A stretch of 64,000 nt of DNA from Flavobacteriales bacterium (GTDB lineage Bacteria > Bacteroidota > Bacteroidia > Flavobacteriales > UBA7312). Under the pieces are notes generated by a model, which ran no database searches, was not told where the DNA came from, and was given only the letters and a program-made list of their open reading frames with translations. Where the stretch lies: assembly GCA_016779935.1 (NCBI GenBank), contig JADHMQ010000010.1, positions 3,572 through 67,571 on the forward strand, in the 5' to 3' direction. Shown here piece after piece: positions 38,437 to 48,166 of the stretch; position 1 is the stretch's first letter, and the number at the start of each line of letters is the position of its first letter. A program made the translations under genes and the position numbers.

Positions 38437-40491
38437 ATGCAAAAATTATTTACTATTGCTTTTTTACTGTTTTCTTTCACGACAACATTCGCACAATTTT
38501 CATTCAGTGACGATTTCGAATCTTACGCGCTAGGAAATTACATCGGAGAAGCCGATACATTATGGACAACTTGGTCTGGAACTACTGGAGGAACTGAGGA
38601 TGTCCAGACCACTATGGCAAACGCATATAGCGGCTCACAATCTATTTATTTTTCTTCCTCTTCTGCAAATGGTGGCCCACAAGATGTGGTTTTGCCTTTC
38701 GGTGAAGTTTTTGACCAAGGAGATTTTGATTTTTCATCACGATTTTTCGTTAATGGTGGGGCATACTTTAACTTTCAAGCAGAAACAACAATTGGAAACA
38801 CATGGGCTGTTGACTGTAATATGAATAGTGACGGAACTATTGTCTTTTCTACAGGAGGTGGCGGCACTGTTTTCTTGAGCTCTACCTACCCTTCAGAAGA
38901 ATGGTTTAAGCTAGATGTGAAAATTAATCTAACACTAAACAAATGGGAAGTATTTATCAATGATAATTCAATTGGCTCATTCTCAAATACTGTTAATGAA
39001 GTAGCGTCTCTTGATTTATTCCCCCTGAATGGACATTCATTCTATGTAGATGATGTAATGGTTTCTCACCAACCATTTAATCCAATTGGTATCAATGCTA
39101 TTTTAACAGATTTAAGCATACCTTCCTATATTCAGATTCCTGCAGATGTTGATATCGAAGGAAGCATACTAAACTATGGAGCTGATACTATTACTTCAAT
39201 GGACATCGTTTGGACTGACGGCACAAATTCATTAACCGACAATGTTAGTGGAATATCAATTCCAACTCTTGGCACTTATGATTTTACACATGCTGACCAA
39301 TTGTCAATGACAACTCTAGACACAGCAAATATTTCCGTTACTATTGAAAATATAAATGGTGGTTCTGATGTAGACACTTCAAATAATTCCATTGACTTTA
39401 CCATAATCAGTGTTGAATTTGTAACGCAACGCATTCCATTATTTGAACACTTTACAAGTAATACTTGCGGTCCTTGCGCTAGCTTCAACCCTGGTTTCCA
39501 AACACTTCTTGACGCCAATAACGTTAATGAATTATCAAACGCTAAAGTCGGTGCTATTAAATATCAAGTGAATTGGCCAGGAAGTGCTGACCAATCGTTT
39601 AATGCCGACGTTGCTTCAAGAGTAAGTTATTACAACGTGCAAGGTGTGCCATCGGCACATATTGATGGTATATCAACATCTAGCTCTCAAGATGAAATAG
39701 ACGAGCATGCAGCGGCACCATCTTTTATAAAAATAGAAGGAACAGCAGTTGCAACAGATGGAACAGATTTAGACATTGAGCTTACAGTAACCTCTTATGT
39801 AGACTATCCTAATGCCAGTATTCATATCGCTGTTGTAGAAGATGAGTATAACAATACTGCCGGAACAAATGGTGAAAGTGAATTTTTTCAAGTATTGAGG
39901 AAGATGCTTCCAGATGGTGATGGAACTACTGCTGATTTGAGTAATGGAAATAGCGTTACAGTCAATGAATCAGCAATTTTTGCAGTAGGAAATGTAACGG
40001 CAGACTCTTATAGGTTGTGGAATGGCTTAGGAAATTGTAGAGTCGTTGCCTTTGTACAAGATGAAGACAGCAAGCAAGTTATTGATGCTAGAATTATAGA
40101 AATCACTGGTGATTTAGAAGTAACACCTAGTTGGGAGTGTGTATCTAACGCTTGTGTTGACCCTGGAACTGGTGAAGGAGAATACTCTTCATTAGCTGAC
40201 TGCGAAACTCAATGTGTTACTACTAGCATTTCTGCTTGGGAAGATATTAATGTTCAGTTAATGCCAAATCCGGCTATGGATAACTTATCTATTTCGATTA
40301 ACCCTAGTTCTCAAGCACTTAATTTGAGCATCCTAAGTATGACAGGTCAAAAAGTTTTTGAAAAGAATTACGGTATTTTGGATGACGAACAGCTCTTAAC
40401 TCTAGACATAAGCGACTTATCTACTGGTTTCTATACACTAAAAGTTCAGTTAAACGATAAAACATCTATTCTTAGGTTTATCAAACAATAA
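38437..40491 (+). CDS. T9SS-sorted secreted protein: LamG/ConA-like N domain, CARDB-like domain, thioredoxin-fold (Omp28-related) domain with CGPC, T9SS C-terminal domain
   Basis: Signal peptide, then FSDDFESY...W..W. FEHFTSNTCGPCASFNP places CGPC at 39466-39477. The C-terminal LMPNPAMDNLSISI...GFYTLKVQLNDKTSILRFIKQ is a type A sorting-domain pattern. Confidence 0.8.
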   Translation: MQKLFTIAFLLFSFTTTFAQFSFSDDFESYALGNYIGEADTLWTTWSGTTGGTEDVQTTMANAYSGSQSIYFSSSSANGGPQDVVLPFGEVFDQGDFDFSSRFFVNGGAYFNFQAETTIGNTWAVDCNMNSDGTIVFSTGGGGTVFLSSTYPSEEWFKLDVKINLTLNKWEVFINDNSIGSFSNTVNEVASLDLFPLNGHSFYVDDVMVSHQPFNPIGINAILTDLSIPSYIQIPADVDIEGSILNYGADTITSMDIVWTDGTNSLTDNVSGISIPTLGTYDFTHADQLSMTTLDTANISVTIENINGGSDVDTSNNSIDFTIISVEFVTQRIPLFEHFTSNTCGPCASFNPGFQTLLDANNVNELSNAKVGAIKYQVNWPGSADQSFNADVASRVSYYNVQGVPSAHIDGISTSSSQDEIDEHAAAPSFIKIEGTAVATDGTDLDIELTVTSYVDYPNASIHIAVVEDEYNNTAGTNGESEFFQVLRKMLPDGDGTTADLSNGNSVTVNESAIFAVGNVTADSYRLWNGLGNCRVVAFVQDEDSKQVIDARIIEITGDLEVTPSWECVSNACVDPGTGEGEYSSLADCETQCVTTSISAWEDINVQLMPNPAMDNLSISINPSSQALNLSILSMTGQKVFEKNYGILDDEQLLTLDISDLSTGFYTLKVQLNDKTSILRFIKQ

Positions 40492-40511
40492 TCCCTTTTG
40501 AAAATATTTTT

Positions 40512-40545
40512 AAATCAGTCCAACTTAGTTGGGCTGATTTTTATT
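40512..40545 (+). terminator. Intrinsic terminator of the T9SS protein gene 38437-40491
   Basis: AAATCAGTCCAA-CTTAG-TTGGGCTGATTT, a 12-bp stem with one G-U pair, running into TTTTTATT. Confidence 0.85.
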
Positions 40546-40571
40546 GCCTAAATTCAAAAAGTGTAAATTTG
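40544..40571 (+). promoter_or_regulatory. Promoter of purB: TTG (-33) + 17 nt + TAAATTTG (-7)
   Basis: TTG at 40544-40546 and TAAATTTG at 40564-40571. The ATG at 40601 is 30 nt downstream. Confidence 0.5.
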
Positions 40572-40600
40572 CAGCGTTCAATACTAATACCATACGATTA

Positions 40601-41953
40601 ATGTCATTATCTGCTTTAACTGCAATTTCTCCAATAGATGGTCGATACCATTCAAAAGCCAATGAACTTAGTGTCTTTTACTCAGAAGCAGCACTAATAA
40701 AATACCGACTTAGAGTAGAAGTGGAATACTTTATTTCTCTTTGCGAATTACCTTTGCCACAACTTGAGAATTTTGATTCAGATTTATACAGTTCTTTGAG
40801 AGATATTTATCTAAAATTTGACGATGAAGACGCTCAGAAAATTAAGGATATCGAAAGCATTACAAATCATGACGTTAAGGCTGTAGAATATTTTATTAAA
40901 GAACGTTTTGACGAGCTTAAAATAAGTGAGTACAAAGAGTTTATTCATTTTGCATTGACCTCACAAGACATTAATAACACAGCTACACCTCTTCTTATTA
41001 AGGAATCTGTTGAAGATGTTTACGTTCCTAACTATATGGAATTATTAGATAAACTCATTAGTTTAAAAAATGAATGGGCATCTATTCCATTATTAGCGCG
41101 TACACACGGTCAAGCGGCATCCCCAACCTTACTGGGTAAAGAAATAATGGTATTTATCGAACGTCTTGAACGACAAATAGGCTTATTAAACATGGTGCCG
41201 TTCTCCGCGAAATTTGGAGGTGCAACAGGTAATTTTAATGCCCATCACATTGCTTACCCTGAAATCGATTGGGTTTCTTTTTCAAACGATTTTGTAGATA
41301 ACAATCTTGGACTAGACCGTTCACAAGTTACTACTCAGATAGAACATTACGATAACCTCGCTGCTCTTTTCGATAATCTTAAGCGTATTAATACCATTCT
41401 CATTGATTTAAGTCGAGATGTGTGGACATATATTTCAATGAATTATTTCAAGCAAAAAATAAAAGAAGGCGAAGTAGGTTCATCGGCAATGCCTCATAAA
41501 GTAAACCCTATTGACTTTGAAAATGCTGAAGGGAACTTAGGAATAGCGAATGCTATATTTGAACATCTTTCCTCGAAACTTCCTGTTTCTAGACTTCAAA
41601 GAGATTTAACAGACTCCACCGTCCTAAGAAACGTTGGTGTACCTATGGCACATACATTATTAGGTTTTAAATCTATTCTAAAGGGGCTGAATAAATTGAT
41701 TTTGAACGAATCTGCTATTAATGCTGATTTGGATGATAATTGGGCTGTAGTGGCTGAAGCTATTCAGACTATTCTGAGAAAAGAAGGTTATCCAAAACCT
41801 TATGAAGCACTTAAAGAATTAACTCGAACGAATAGCGTCATCGAGAAAGATACTTTAGCTGTATTTATTGATGGACTTGCCATTAGTGATGACCTCAAAG
41901 ACTATTTAAAAGATATTTCTCCTTTTAACTATACTGGAATAGAAAAACTTTAA
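40601..41953 (+). CDS. purB: Adenylosuccinate lyase
   Basis: MSLSALTAISPIDGRYHSK, TSQDINNTA and GSSAMPHKVNPIDFEN (signature loop). A TTG(17 nt)TAAATTTG promoter at 40544-40571 supports ATG 40601 rather than the ORF-track start 40544. Confidence 0.95.
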   Translation: MSLSALTAISPIDGRYHSKANELSVFYSEAALIKYRLRVEVEYFISLCELPLPQLENFDSDLYSSLRDIYLKFDDEDAQKIKDIESITNHDVKAVEYFIKERFDELKISEYKEFIHFALTSQDINNTATPLLIKESVEDVYVPNYMELLDKLISLKNEWASIPLLARTHGQAASPTLLGKEIMVFIERLERQIGLLNMVPFSAKFGGATGNFNAHHIAYPEIDWVSFSNDFVDNNLGLDRSQVTTQIEHYDNLAALFDNLKRINTILIDLSRDVWTYISMNYFKQKIKEGEVGSSAMPHKVNPIDFENAEGNLGIANAIFEHLSSKLPVSRLQRDLTDSTVLRNVGVPMAHTLLGFKSILKGLNKLILNESAINADLDDNWAVVAEAIQTILRKEGYPKPYEALKELTRTNSVIEKDTLAVFIDGLAISDDLKDYLKDISPFNYTGIEKL

Positions 41954-42498
41954 TTGACCTTGTACTTGGCAAGATAGTCAGACCAATTCCAAATAAAATT
42001 ACTCATTAAATCTGTTAGTTCTTGTAAAAAGACAGGATTAGGCTCGTTTTGATTTTTCAGTAAATCGCCCTGAAATTCATTAAGGTTATACTTTACAAAT
42101 ATTGACTTTGCCATGGCTTTTTCGATTGTTGTATCATCTGAATACTGCTCTTTAAAGAACTGTTCATAATCCAAAAACATATCGCGAACTAAATCCTCTT
42201 CCATATCAAAGAAACCTATTAGCTCATTTAGGCTAGCGTGGTGCAAACGATGAACCACTTCATCGTCAAAATGTTCAGATAAAGAATGATTATTTGCAGC
42301 AAATACAATCATTAAAAACCAGTTTGTATCCTCAAGTTTTAAATTGGGTGACTCTTCAAATTTTCGGTTATCATTTACAAATTCAATGATTTCAGGAAAG
42401 CCCAATTCAATAACTTCGAATAGGGTTTTGGTATAAACCACTGCCAATTCTTGGATAGATACTTTCTCTTTCTTGTTAAAGCCAAATATTTTCAACAT
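41950..42498 (-). CDS. Hypothetical protein
   Basis: 182-aa acidic, helical-looking ORF with no motif I recognise. It lies 6 nt downstream of lhgO on the same strand. Confidence 0.5.
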   Translation of the reverse strand: MLKIFGFNKKEKVSIQELAVVYTKTLFEVIELGFPEIIEFVNDNRKFEESPNLKLEDTNWFLMIVFAANNHSLSEHFDDEVVHRLHHASLNELIGFFDMEEDLVRDMFLDYEQFFKEQYSDDTTIEKAMAKSIFVKYNLNEFQGDLLKNQNEPNPVFLQELTDLMSNFIWNWSDYLAKYKVN

Positions 42499-42504
42499 AT
42501 ATCG

Positions 42505-43719
42505 CTAAGTTAAACTAAAATTCTTTTTAACTATTTCTAGCACTTCATCACCAATGGATAAACAAGCTGTTGCAGCTGGCGAGGGAGCATTCAACACATG
42601 AATACTATTGCCTTTACATTCAATTTTGAAATCATCAAAAACATCTCCATCGTGACCTAATGCCATAGCTCTTACCCCACTTCGTCCTTCTACAATATCA
42701 TCCATCGTCAACGAAGGTATTAATCTATTTAATTCTTTCAAAAATAATCGCTTGGAAAATGCTCTTTTATATTCTTTTAGTCCAAACCTCCAATGTTTGA
42801 AAAACAATTTCCAAGTGCCTTTGTACAACAAGGCTTCAAAAGTATCTCTGAAATCAAAGTCCGTTTTACCATAGCCTTCTCGCTTAAAGGTAAATACCGC
42901 ATTTGGTCCACACTCAATCGTGCCATCAACCATTCTAGTAAAATGAACTCCTAAAAATGGAAATTCTGGGTTTGGCACGGGGTAAATTAAATTTTTGACT
43001 TTTGATTTTCCTTTTTCTGAAAGGTCATAATAATCGCCTCTAAAACCGACAATTCTTACATCCGAATCAACATTATCTTTTTGTGCCATTCTATCGGAAA
43101 ATAATCCAGCACAGAACACTTTATAATTAACCTCAAATCGTCCTTTTGACGTATGAATAGTGTCTTCATCAAAGGATTTTACCTCACAAGAAGTAATGAT
43201 TTGACTATTTGAGTTTATGCCTTTAATCCGTTCAGCCAATTTATTGGTTACGCCTACAAAATCAATTATTCCAGATTCGGGCACCCATAAAGCTGCAACA
43301 CCTTCTACATGTGGCTCAATTTCTTTTAGCCTTTCCTTTGTGATTTTTTCTACACCAAGAAGTCCGTTAGCTTTACCCCTTTCATATATTCCATCTAGCC
43401 TATTCAGCTCTTCATTATCAACTGCAACAACAACCTTGCCACAAACATCGTGATTGATGCTGTGTTCTTTTGCAAATTCGACCAATTGCTTTCTTCCGTT
43501 TACACAATTTTTAGCCCTGAAAGAACCAGGTTTATAGTATAATCCGGAATGAATTACGCCAGAATTACGCCCAGTCTGATGAGCTGCTAAAATATCTTCT
43601 TTCTCTAAAACCAATAGATTCAAATGAGGATATTCTTGTTGAATTTTAAAGGCACAGGAAAGTCCTACAATTCCACCACCAATAATAGCTATATCTGATT
43701 GCATTGTATTGTTTACCAT
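42505..43719 (-). CDS. lhgO: L-2-hydroxyglutarate oxidase (FAD-dependent)
   Basis: DIAIIGGGIVGLS (FAD dinucleotide fold) and HQTGRNSGVIHSGLYYKPGS in 404 aa. Confidence 0.85.
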   Translation of the reverse strand: MVNNTMQSDIAIIGGGIVGLSCAFKIQQEYPHLNLLVLEKEDILAAHQTGRNSGVIHSGLYYKPGSFRAKNCVNGRKQLVEFAKEHSINHDVCGKVVVAVDNEELNRLDGIYERGKANGLLGVEKITKERLKEIEPHVEGVAALWVPESGIIDFVGVTNKLAERIKGINSNSQIITSCEVKSFDEDTIHTSKGRFEVNYKVFCAGLFSDRMAQKDNVDSDVRIVGFRGDYYDLSEKGKSKVKNLIYPVPNPEFPFLGVHFTRMVDGTIECGPNAVFTFKREGYGKTDFDFRDTFEALLYKGTWKLFFKHWRFGLKEYKRAFSKRLFLKELNRLIPSLTMDDIVEGRSGVRAMALGHDGDVFDDFKIECKGNSIHVLNAPSPAATACLSIGDEVLEIVKKNFSLT

Positions 43720-44561
43720 TCAAAAACTCTTGAAATATTAAACCCAAAATAGATATCGCCTTCAAAGAAGTCGCCACTAGTCTGAGTTAGAAATACATGT
43801 TCATTCATCCCTCTAGAGTTACTTAAATGCAATGAGAAAACATGTCCGCCAGTTTCAATATCAAATCCAATAGACAACATGTTTTGATGGGTTGATGAGA
43901 GTTCACTTAATGCGTAAAAATACTCCCCATTTAATGTTACTCTTTTAGAGAATTTATAACGTCCTCCTAGACCTAAAAACAACGGGTCAGAAGAGGTGCC
44001 AAAGACAAATTGATTCAAATGAACATGAGTAGGTAAAACGATCGCCGAAAACTTGGAACTAAACTTTCGAGCTATGATGAGCTGATTGGCAAAAGATATC
44101 TGATTTAGAAAATCGTAATCTGCTTGCTGTCGTAATGACTCTGAAGGGTGTGCTAAAAACAATGCCGAAAAAACAGATAAAACTACTGGAGATTTATCGG
44201 ATTGATTCAAAATTTTTCCTTTTAAAGATGCGTCGTATTGTTTGTTGGTAGAGCTACGCCCTACACTCACTGCTATTCGGTCAGACACACCATAGTCTAA
44301 ACCCATCCTGACTTGTGAATTATCTAAACCCCAAAGGTTATAAAAGCCAGAATTTAAAGTACCAAAGCGGTGTTGAATTAAAAATTTAAATTCTCCTTTT
44401 GAAGATTGTTTAGAGGATTGAGCATTTACTACTCTACTATCTTTAAATAAAGAACTGACAACTTTGGGTTCAGCATTATCCTCATTCAATAAGCTCAATA
44501 AATCTTGACCAAACGAAAATTGGGCGGTTGACAAAAGCATCAGTAGTATTAATCTAATCAT
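43713..44561 (-). CDS. DUF5777-like beta-barrel protein
   Basis: Signal peptide, alternating beta-strand pattern and terminal ...NISRVFEW. It overlaps both neighbours (8 nt and 7 nt). The family name is from memory. Confidence 0.6.
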   Translation of the reverse strand: MIRLILLMLLSTAQFSFGQDLLSLLNEDNAEPKVVSSLFKDSRVVNAQSSKQSSKGEFKFLIQHRFGTLNSGFYNLWGLDNSQVRMGLDYGVSDRIAVSVGRSSTNKQYDASLKGKILNQSDKSPVVLSVFSALFLAHPSESLRQQADYDFLNQISFANQLIIARKFSSKFSAIVLPTHVHLNQFVFGTSSDPLFLGLGGRYKFSKRVTLNGEYFYALSELSSTHQNMLSIGFDIETGGHVFSLHLSNSRGMNEHVFLTQTSGDFFEGDIYFGFNISRVFEW

Positions 44562-45093
44562 TGGAGAGTTTTTGAAGATTCATCTCTATGTTAACATTTA
44601 TTTCCTCAGCAATTTTATACATCATTATTTTTGGAATATCAATATTGAAATCATCCAATATAATATCAAATTTCGAACCAATCGTCAGTTTGTCATCTTT
44701 CAACGAAATGGTAGCCGTCATATTCATTTGACGGTTAATGCCATGAAGTAGAAAATTACCTTTTACATCAATGGTTTGTTCTTCAGACAAATCAAGACTT
44801 GAAATATCAGGGATAACGCCAGTAAATGTCGAATTAGGGAATTTTTCGCTTTCCATATAACTTTCGTTAAAGTGTTCTTGCATAAGAGAGTTGGGAAATA
44901 CGAAATCTTCAATCAAAATTTGAAAAGCAAAACCGCCAGTTCTTAAGTCAACAACTCCAGTTGCTTTTTTATTTACAGCTTCAATGTTTTCTATTGGTGC
45001 TTCAGAATAAAAACTAACTACACCTTCTTTACTTAAATATTGCTGAGCAAAAATCTGTGATGAAAAAAGAAAACAAACTAAGATTAAACGCAT
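44554..45093 (-). CDS. YceI-family periplasmic protein
   Basis: Signal peptide, VSFYSEAPIENIEAVN, GNFLLHGINRQMNMTATI. The 179-aa length is typical of YceI. Confidence 0.75.
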   Translation of the reverse strand: MRLILVCFLFSSQIFAQQYLSKEGVVSFYSEAPIENIEAVNKKATGVVDLRTGGFAFQILIEDFVFPNSLMQEHFNESYMESEKFPNSTFTGVIPDISSLDLSEEQTIDVKGNFLLHGINRQMNMTATISLKDDKLTIGSKFDIILDDFNIDIPKIMMYKIAEEINVNIEMNLQKLSND

Positions 45094-45121
45094 GTAACAA
45101 AGATACTAAATCTGTTGGCTT

Positions 45122-46426
45122 TTAAACTTTTTTCAAAAAAAGGTATCCACAACTAAATAACAGTATCACAACAAATAATCCTGCTTGCTGAGTGTTGAAG
45201 TATGAAGTCGCCATGCCAAAAAATAATGGTCCAACAAAAGCAGTGGCCTTACCCGAAAAGGCATAAAAACCAAAAAATTCATTTCTATTTTTTTTAGGGG
45301 TAATTCGAGCCATCAAAGAACGACTAGAGGATTGATTTGGTCCTGAAAAGAGACCAATAAAAATTGCCGCTAACCAAAATAAGTTTTTAGAATTGAACCA
45401 TTGAGGGATAAGGCTACCTCCAAAAATCAATTCAAATAAGCCAGGTAGCTCAGGTGATAAAATAGCTATGACGCATGCCAATGCTAAAAATACAATACTC
45501 CAATTGACGACCTTTTTACTTCCTATTCTATCATCGAAATACCCGAAGATAAAAGCCCCAAGTCCAGCTAAAATATTCAAAACAATGCCTAGCATCATTA
45601 TTTCTTCGAATGAGAAACCAACAGTAGTTGAGGCATATATTCCTCCAAAAGCAAAAATGGTAACTAAGGCATCATTATAGAATAAGCGCGCCAGGAGGAA
45701 ACGATAAATTGTTTTATGGTCTTTTACTTTCTTGAAGGTGTTTTTTAATTGCTCAAAGGCTTGTTTTAAAACGGTTTTTATTGAAATTTCTTTATTCTTT
45801 TTAGCCTCTTTGACGCCAAAAATTAGAGGCAAACTAAAGATAAGAAACCATACAGCAACCAATAAGTTCGTTGCCCTAATATGTTCACCACTGTCAACAT
45901 CAAAACCAAAAATTGGCGCTTCGGACTGAACCAATAGTACTAATGATAGCGCTAAAGCAATTAGTCCACCTAAATAGCCCAAACCCCAAGCTAATCCGGA
46001 GGTCTTTCCCATTCTTTTTTCTGAAGATATATCTGGCAAATATGCATTACAAAAAACTGTACCTATCTCAAAACTAATATTAGCAATCACAAATAATAGC
46101 AAAGCATATGCCACTTGCCCTTCAAGTGGAAAAAAGAGCAAGGCTGTAGCAGAAATGCAGATGAAAGTAGAAATTGCCATTATTTTTTTTCTAGCACCTA
46201 CCTCATCGGCGATAGCTCCCAAAAAAGGCGATGTAACTGCCACAACAATAGCAGTTAGTGACACTGCCCAAGACCACCATTGTGTCCCTTCAATTTCTGT
46301 TGGTGCTATTGATTTTGTAAAATAAGTTCCATATACAAAGGTTACCACTAAAGTAGTGAAGGCCGAATTGGCAAAATCATAAAATGCCCAAGACCAAATG
46401 GTTGCTTTATTATCTTTTTTAAACAT
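45122..46426 (-). CDS. MFS transporter (UMF1/ATG22-like family)
   Basis: WSWAFYDFANSAFTTLV is a UMF1-type N-terminus, and there are 12 predicted TM helices. ATG 46426 (MFKKDNKATIW) is preferred over the ORF-track start 46480. Confidence 0.8.
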   Translation of the reverse strand: MFKKDNKATIWSWAFYDFANSAFTTLVVTFVYGTYFTKSIAPTEIEGTQWWSWAVSLTAIVVAVTSPFLGAIADEVGARKKIMAISTFICISATALLFFPLEGQVAYALLLFVIANISFEIGTVFCNAYLPDISSEKRMGKTSGLAWGLGYLGGLIALALSLVLLVQSEAPIFGFDVDSGEHIRATNLLVAVWFLIFSLPLIFGVKEAKKNKEISIKTVLKQAFEQLKNTFKKVKDHKTIYRFLLARLFYNDALVTIFAFGGIYASTTVGFSFEEIMMLGIVLNILAGLGAFIFGYFDDRIGSKKVVNWSIVFLALACVIAILSPELPGLFELIFGGSLIPQWFNSKNLFWLAAIFIGLFSGPNQSSSRSLMARITPKKNRNEFFGFYAFSGKATAFVGPLFFGMATSYFNTQQAGLFVVILLFSCGYLFLKKV

Positions 46427-46494
46427 ACAATCGAATGTACAATTAAAAACGGAATAATAATTAGATGATTTTTTAAACAATCCATTGAAAAACC

Positions 46495-46502
46495 TACTTT
46501 TG
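46495..46502 (+). promoter_or_regulatory. -7 box TACTTTTG upstream of the SulP transporter gene
   Basis: Exact TAnnTTTG, 26 nt upstream of the TTG start at 46528. Confidence 0.4.
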
Positions 46503-46527
46503 CCGACTTAATCAAAACAATAACTCA

Positions 46528-48123
46528 TTGAGCAATTTTAGATTTATTGACAAAACAAACGGAAGTGTAAAAGACGATATCCTTTCAGGACTTACCGTAG
46601 CACTCGCACTTGTACCTGAGGCTGTAGCCTTTGCATTTGTAGCAGGTATTTCACCAATTGTTGGTTTATATGGTGCTTTTATGATGGGCTTAATCACCTC
46701 TATTTTTGGTGGTAGACCAGGAATGATTTCTGGAGCAACGGGCGCTTTAGCTGTTGTAATGGTTCATTTGGTAAGTGAAGGAAATATACTCGGTGGCAAT
46801 GATGGTGCTGGTCTACAATACCTCTTTGCTACTCTTATTTTAGCTGGAATTTTTCAAATGTCTGCTGGAGCATTAAGGCTAGGGAAATTTGTTAGGATGA
46901 TTCCGCACTCCGTTATGATGGGTTTTGTTAATGGATTGGCAATAGTTATTTTTATTTCTCAGCTCGGAATGTTTAAATCTAATGGAGAATGGCTCAATGG
47001 TGGCACTCTATATATTATGTTAGCTCTAGTAGGGTTAACAATGGCTATTATGTATTTCTTGCCCATGTTAACCAAGAAAGTGCCTGCTGCTTTAACGGCA
47101 ATTGTGATAGTATCATTAATCGTCATTTTTGGAGGTTTAGAAACTGAAACCGTTAAATCTTTTATTATTTCTAATGGTGGCGAAGGTATAAAAGCGGGCT
47201 TGCCAAGCTTCAACGTACCTATGATTACATTGAGTTTTGAGACGCTACGATTTATAACGCCTTACGCGCTTATTCTTGCTGCTATTGGGCTCATTGAGTC
47301 ACTAATGACATTGAATCTTATCGATGAGCTTACAGATTCTCACGGACATGGAAACAGAGAATGTGTGGCTCAGGGAGCTGCTAATTTTGTAAATGGTTTC
47401 TTTGGCGGAATGGGCGGTTGTGCTATGATTGGACAGAGCATCATCAATATCAAATCTGGTGGTAGAGGGCGACTTTCGGGCATTACTGCTGCCTTAGCCT
47501 TATTAGGTTTTATATTATTTGGCTCTACTTACATTGAAATGGTTCCTATTGCTGCACTAGTTGGCGTAATGTTCATGGTAGTTATTGGTACCTTTGCTTG
47601 GAGTAGTTTTAAAGTATGGAATAAAGTGCCGGTAAGTGATGTATTTGTGATTATTCTTGTTACTGGAATGACTGTAATATTTGATTTAGCCATTGCTGTA
47701 ATTGCTGGTGTCATTGTATCCTCTTTAGTCTTTTCTTGGGAAAATGCTAAACGCATTAGAGCTAGAAAACACATTGACGAACACGGAGTAAAACATTACG
47801 AAATATATGGACCATTATTCTTTGGTTCTATTGAGTTATTTCAAAGTAAATTTGACGTAGCTAACGACCCTAAAGAAGTTATTATTGACTTTAAAGAATC
47901 CAAAATTACTGATCAGTCAGCCATAGAGTCTATCAATAAGCTAACTGAGAAGTATTTGAAGAATGGCAAAAGCATTCACCTCAGACATTTATCTTCTGAC
48001 TGTATTAAACTCATTAAAAAAGCAGAGAAGATATGCGAGGTTAATGTGGTAGAAGACCCTAATTACTTTGTAGCTATCGACAATTATAGACAATTAATGA
48101 GCACAAAAAATAAGGAGGCTTAA
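46528..48123 (+). CDS. SulP-family inorganic anion transporter with C-terminal STAS domain
   Basis: [24 protein letters not shown], followed by a STAS-like tail. It has a TTG start, with no in-frame ATG before the conserved N-terminus. A TACTTTTG box lies 26 nt upstream. Confidence 0.88.
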   Translation: MSNFRFIDKTNGSVKDDILSGLTVALALVPEAVAFAFVAGISPIVGLYGAFMMGLITSIFGGRPGMISGATGALAVVMVHLVSEGNILGGNDGAGLQYLFATLILAGIFQMSAGALRLGKFVRMIPHSVMMGFVNGLAIVIFISQLGMFKSNGEWLNGGTLYIMLALVGLTMAIMYFLPMLTKKVPAALTAIVIVSLIVIFGGLETETVKSFIISNGGEGIKAGLPSFNVPMITLSFETLRFITPYALILAAIGLIESLMTLNLIDELTDSHGHGNRECVAQGAANFVNGFFGGMGGCAMIGQSIINIKSGGRGRLSGITAALALLGFILFGSTYIEMVPIAALVGVMFMVVIGTFAWSSFKVWNKVPVSDVFVIILVTGMTVIFDLAIAVIAGVIVSSLVFSWENAKRIRARKHIDEHGVKHYEIYGPLFFGSIELFQSKFDVANDPKEVIIDFKESKITDQSAIESINKLTEKYLKNGKSIHLRHLSSDCIKLIKKAEKICEVNVVEDPNYFVAIDNYRQLMSTKNKEA

Positions 48124-48136
48124 AAAAAGCCTCCTT
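48105..48136 (-). terminator. Intrinsic terminator of the 994-aa T9SS protein gene (overlaps sulP 3' end)
   Basis: AAGGAGGC-(9 nt)-GCCTCCTT hairpin. In minus sense it is followed by ATTTTTTG. Confidence 0.7.
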
Positions 48137-48166
48137 ATTAACCTTAATTCTAGTTAAAAACTAATT

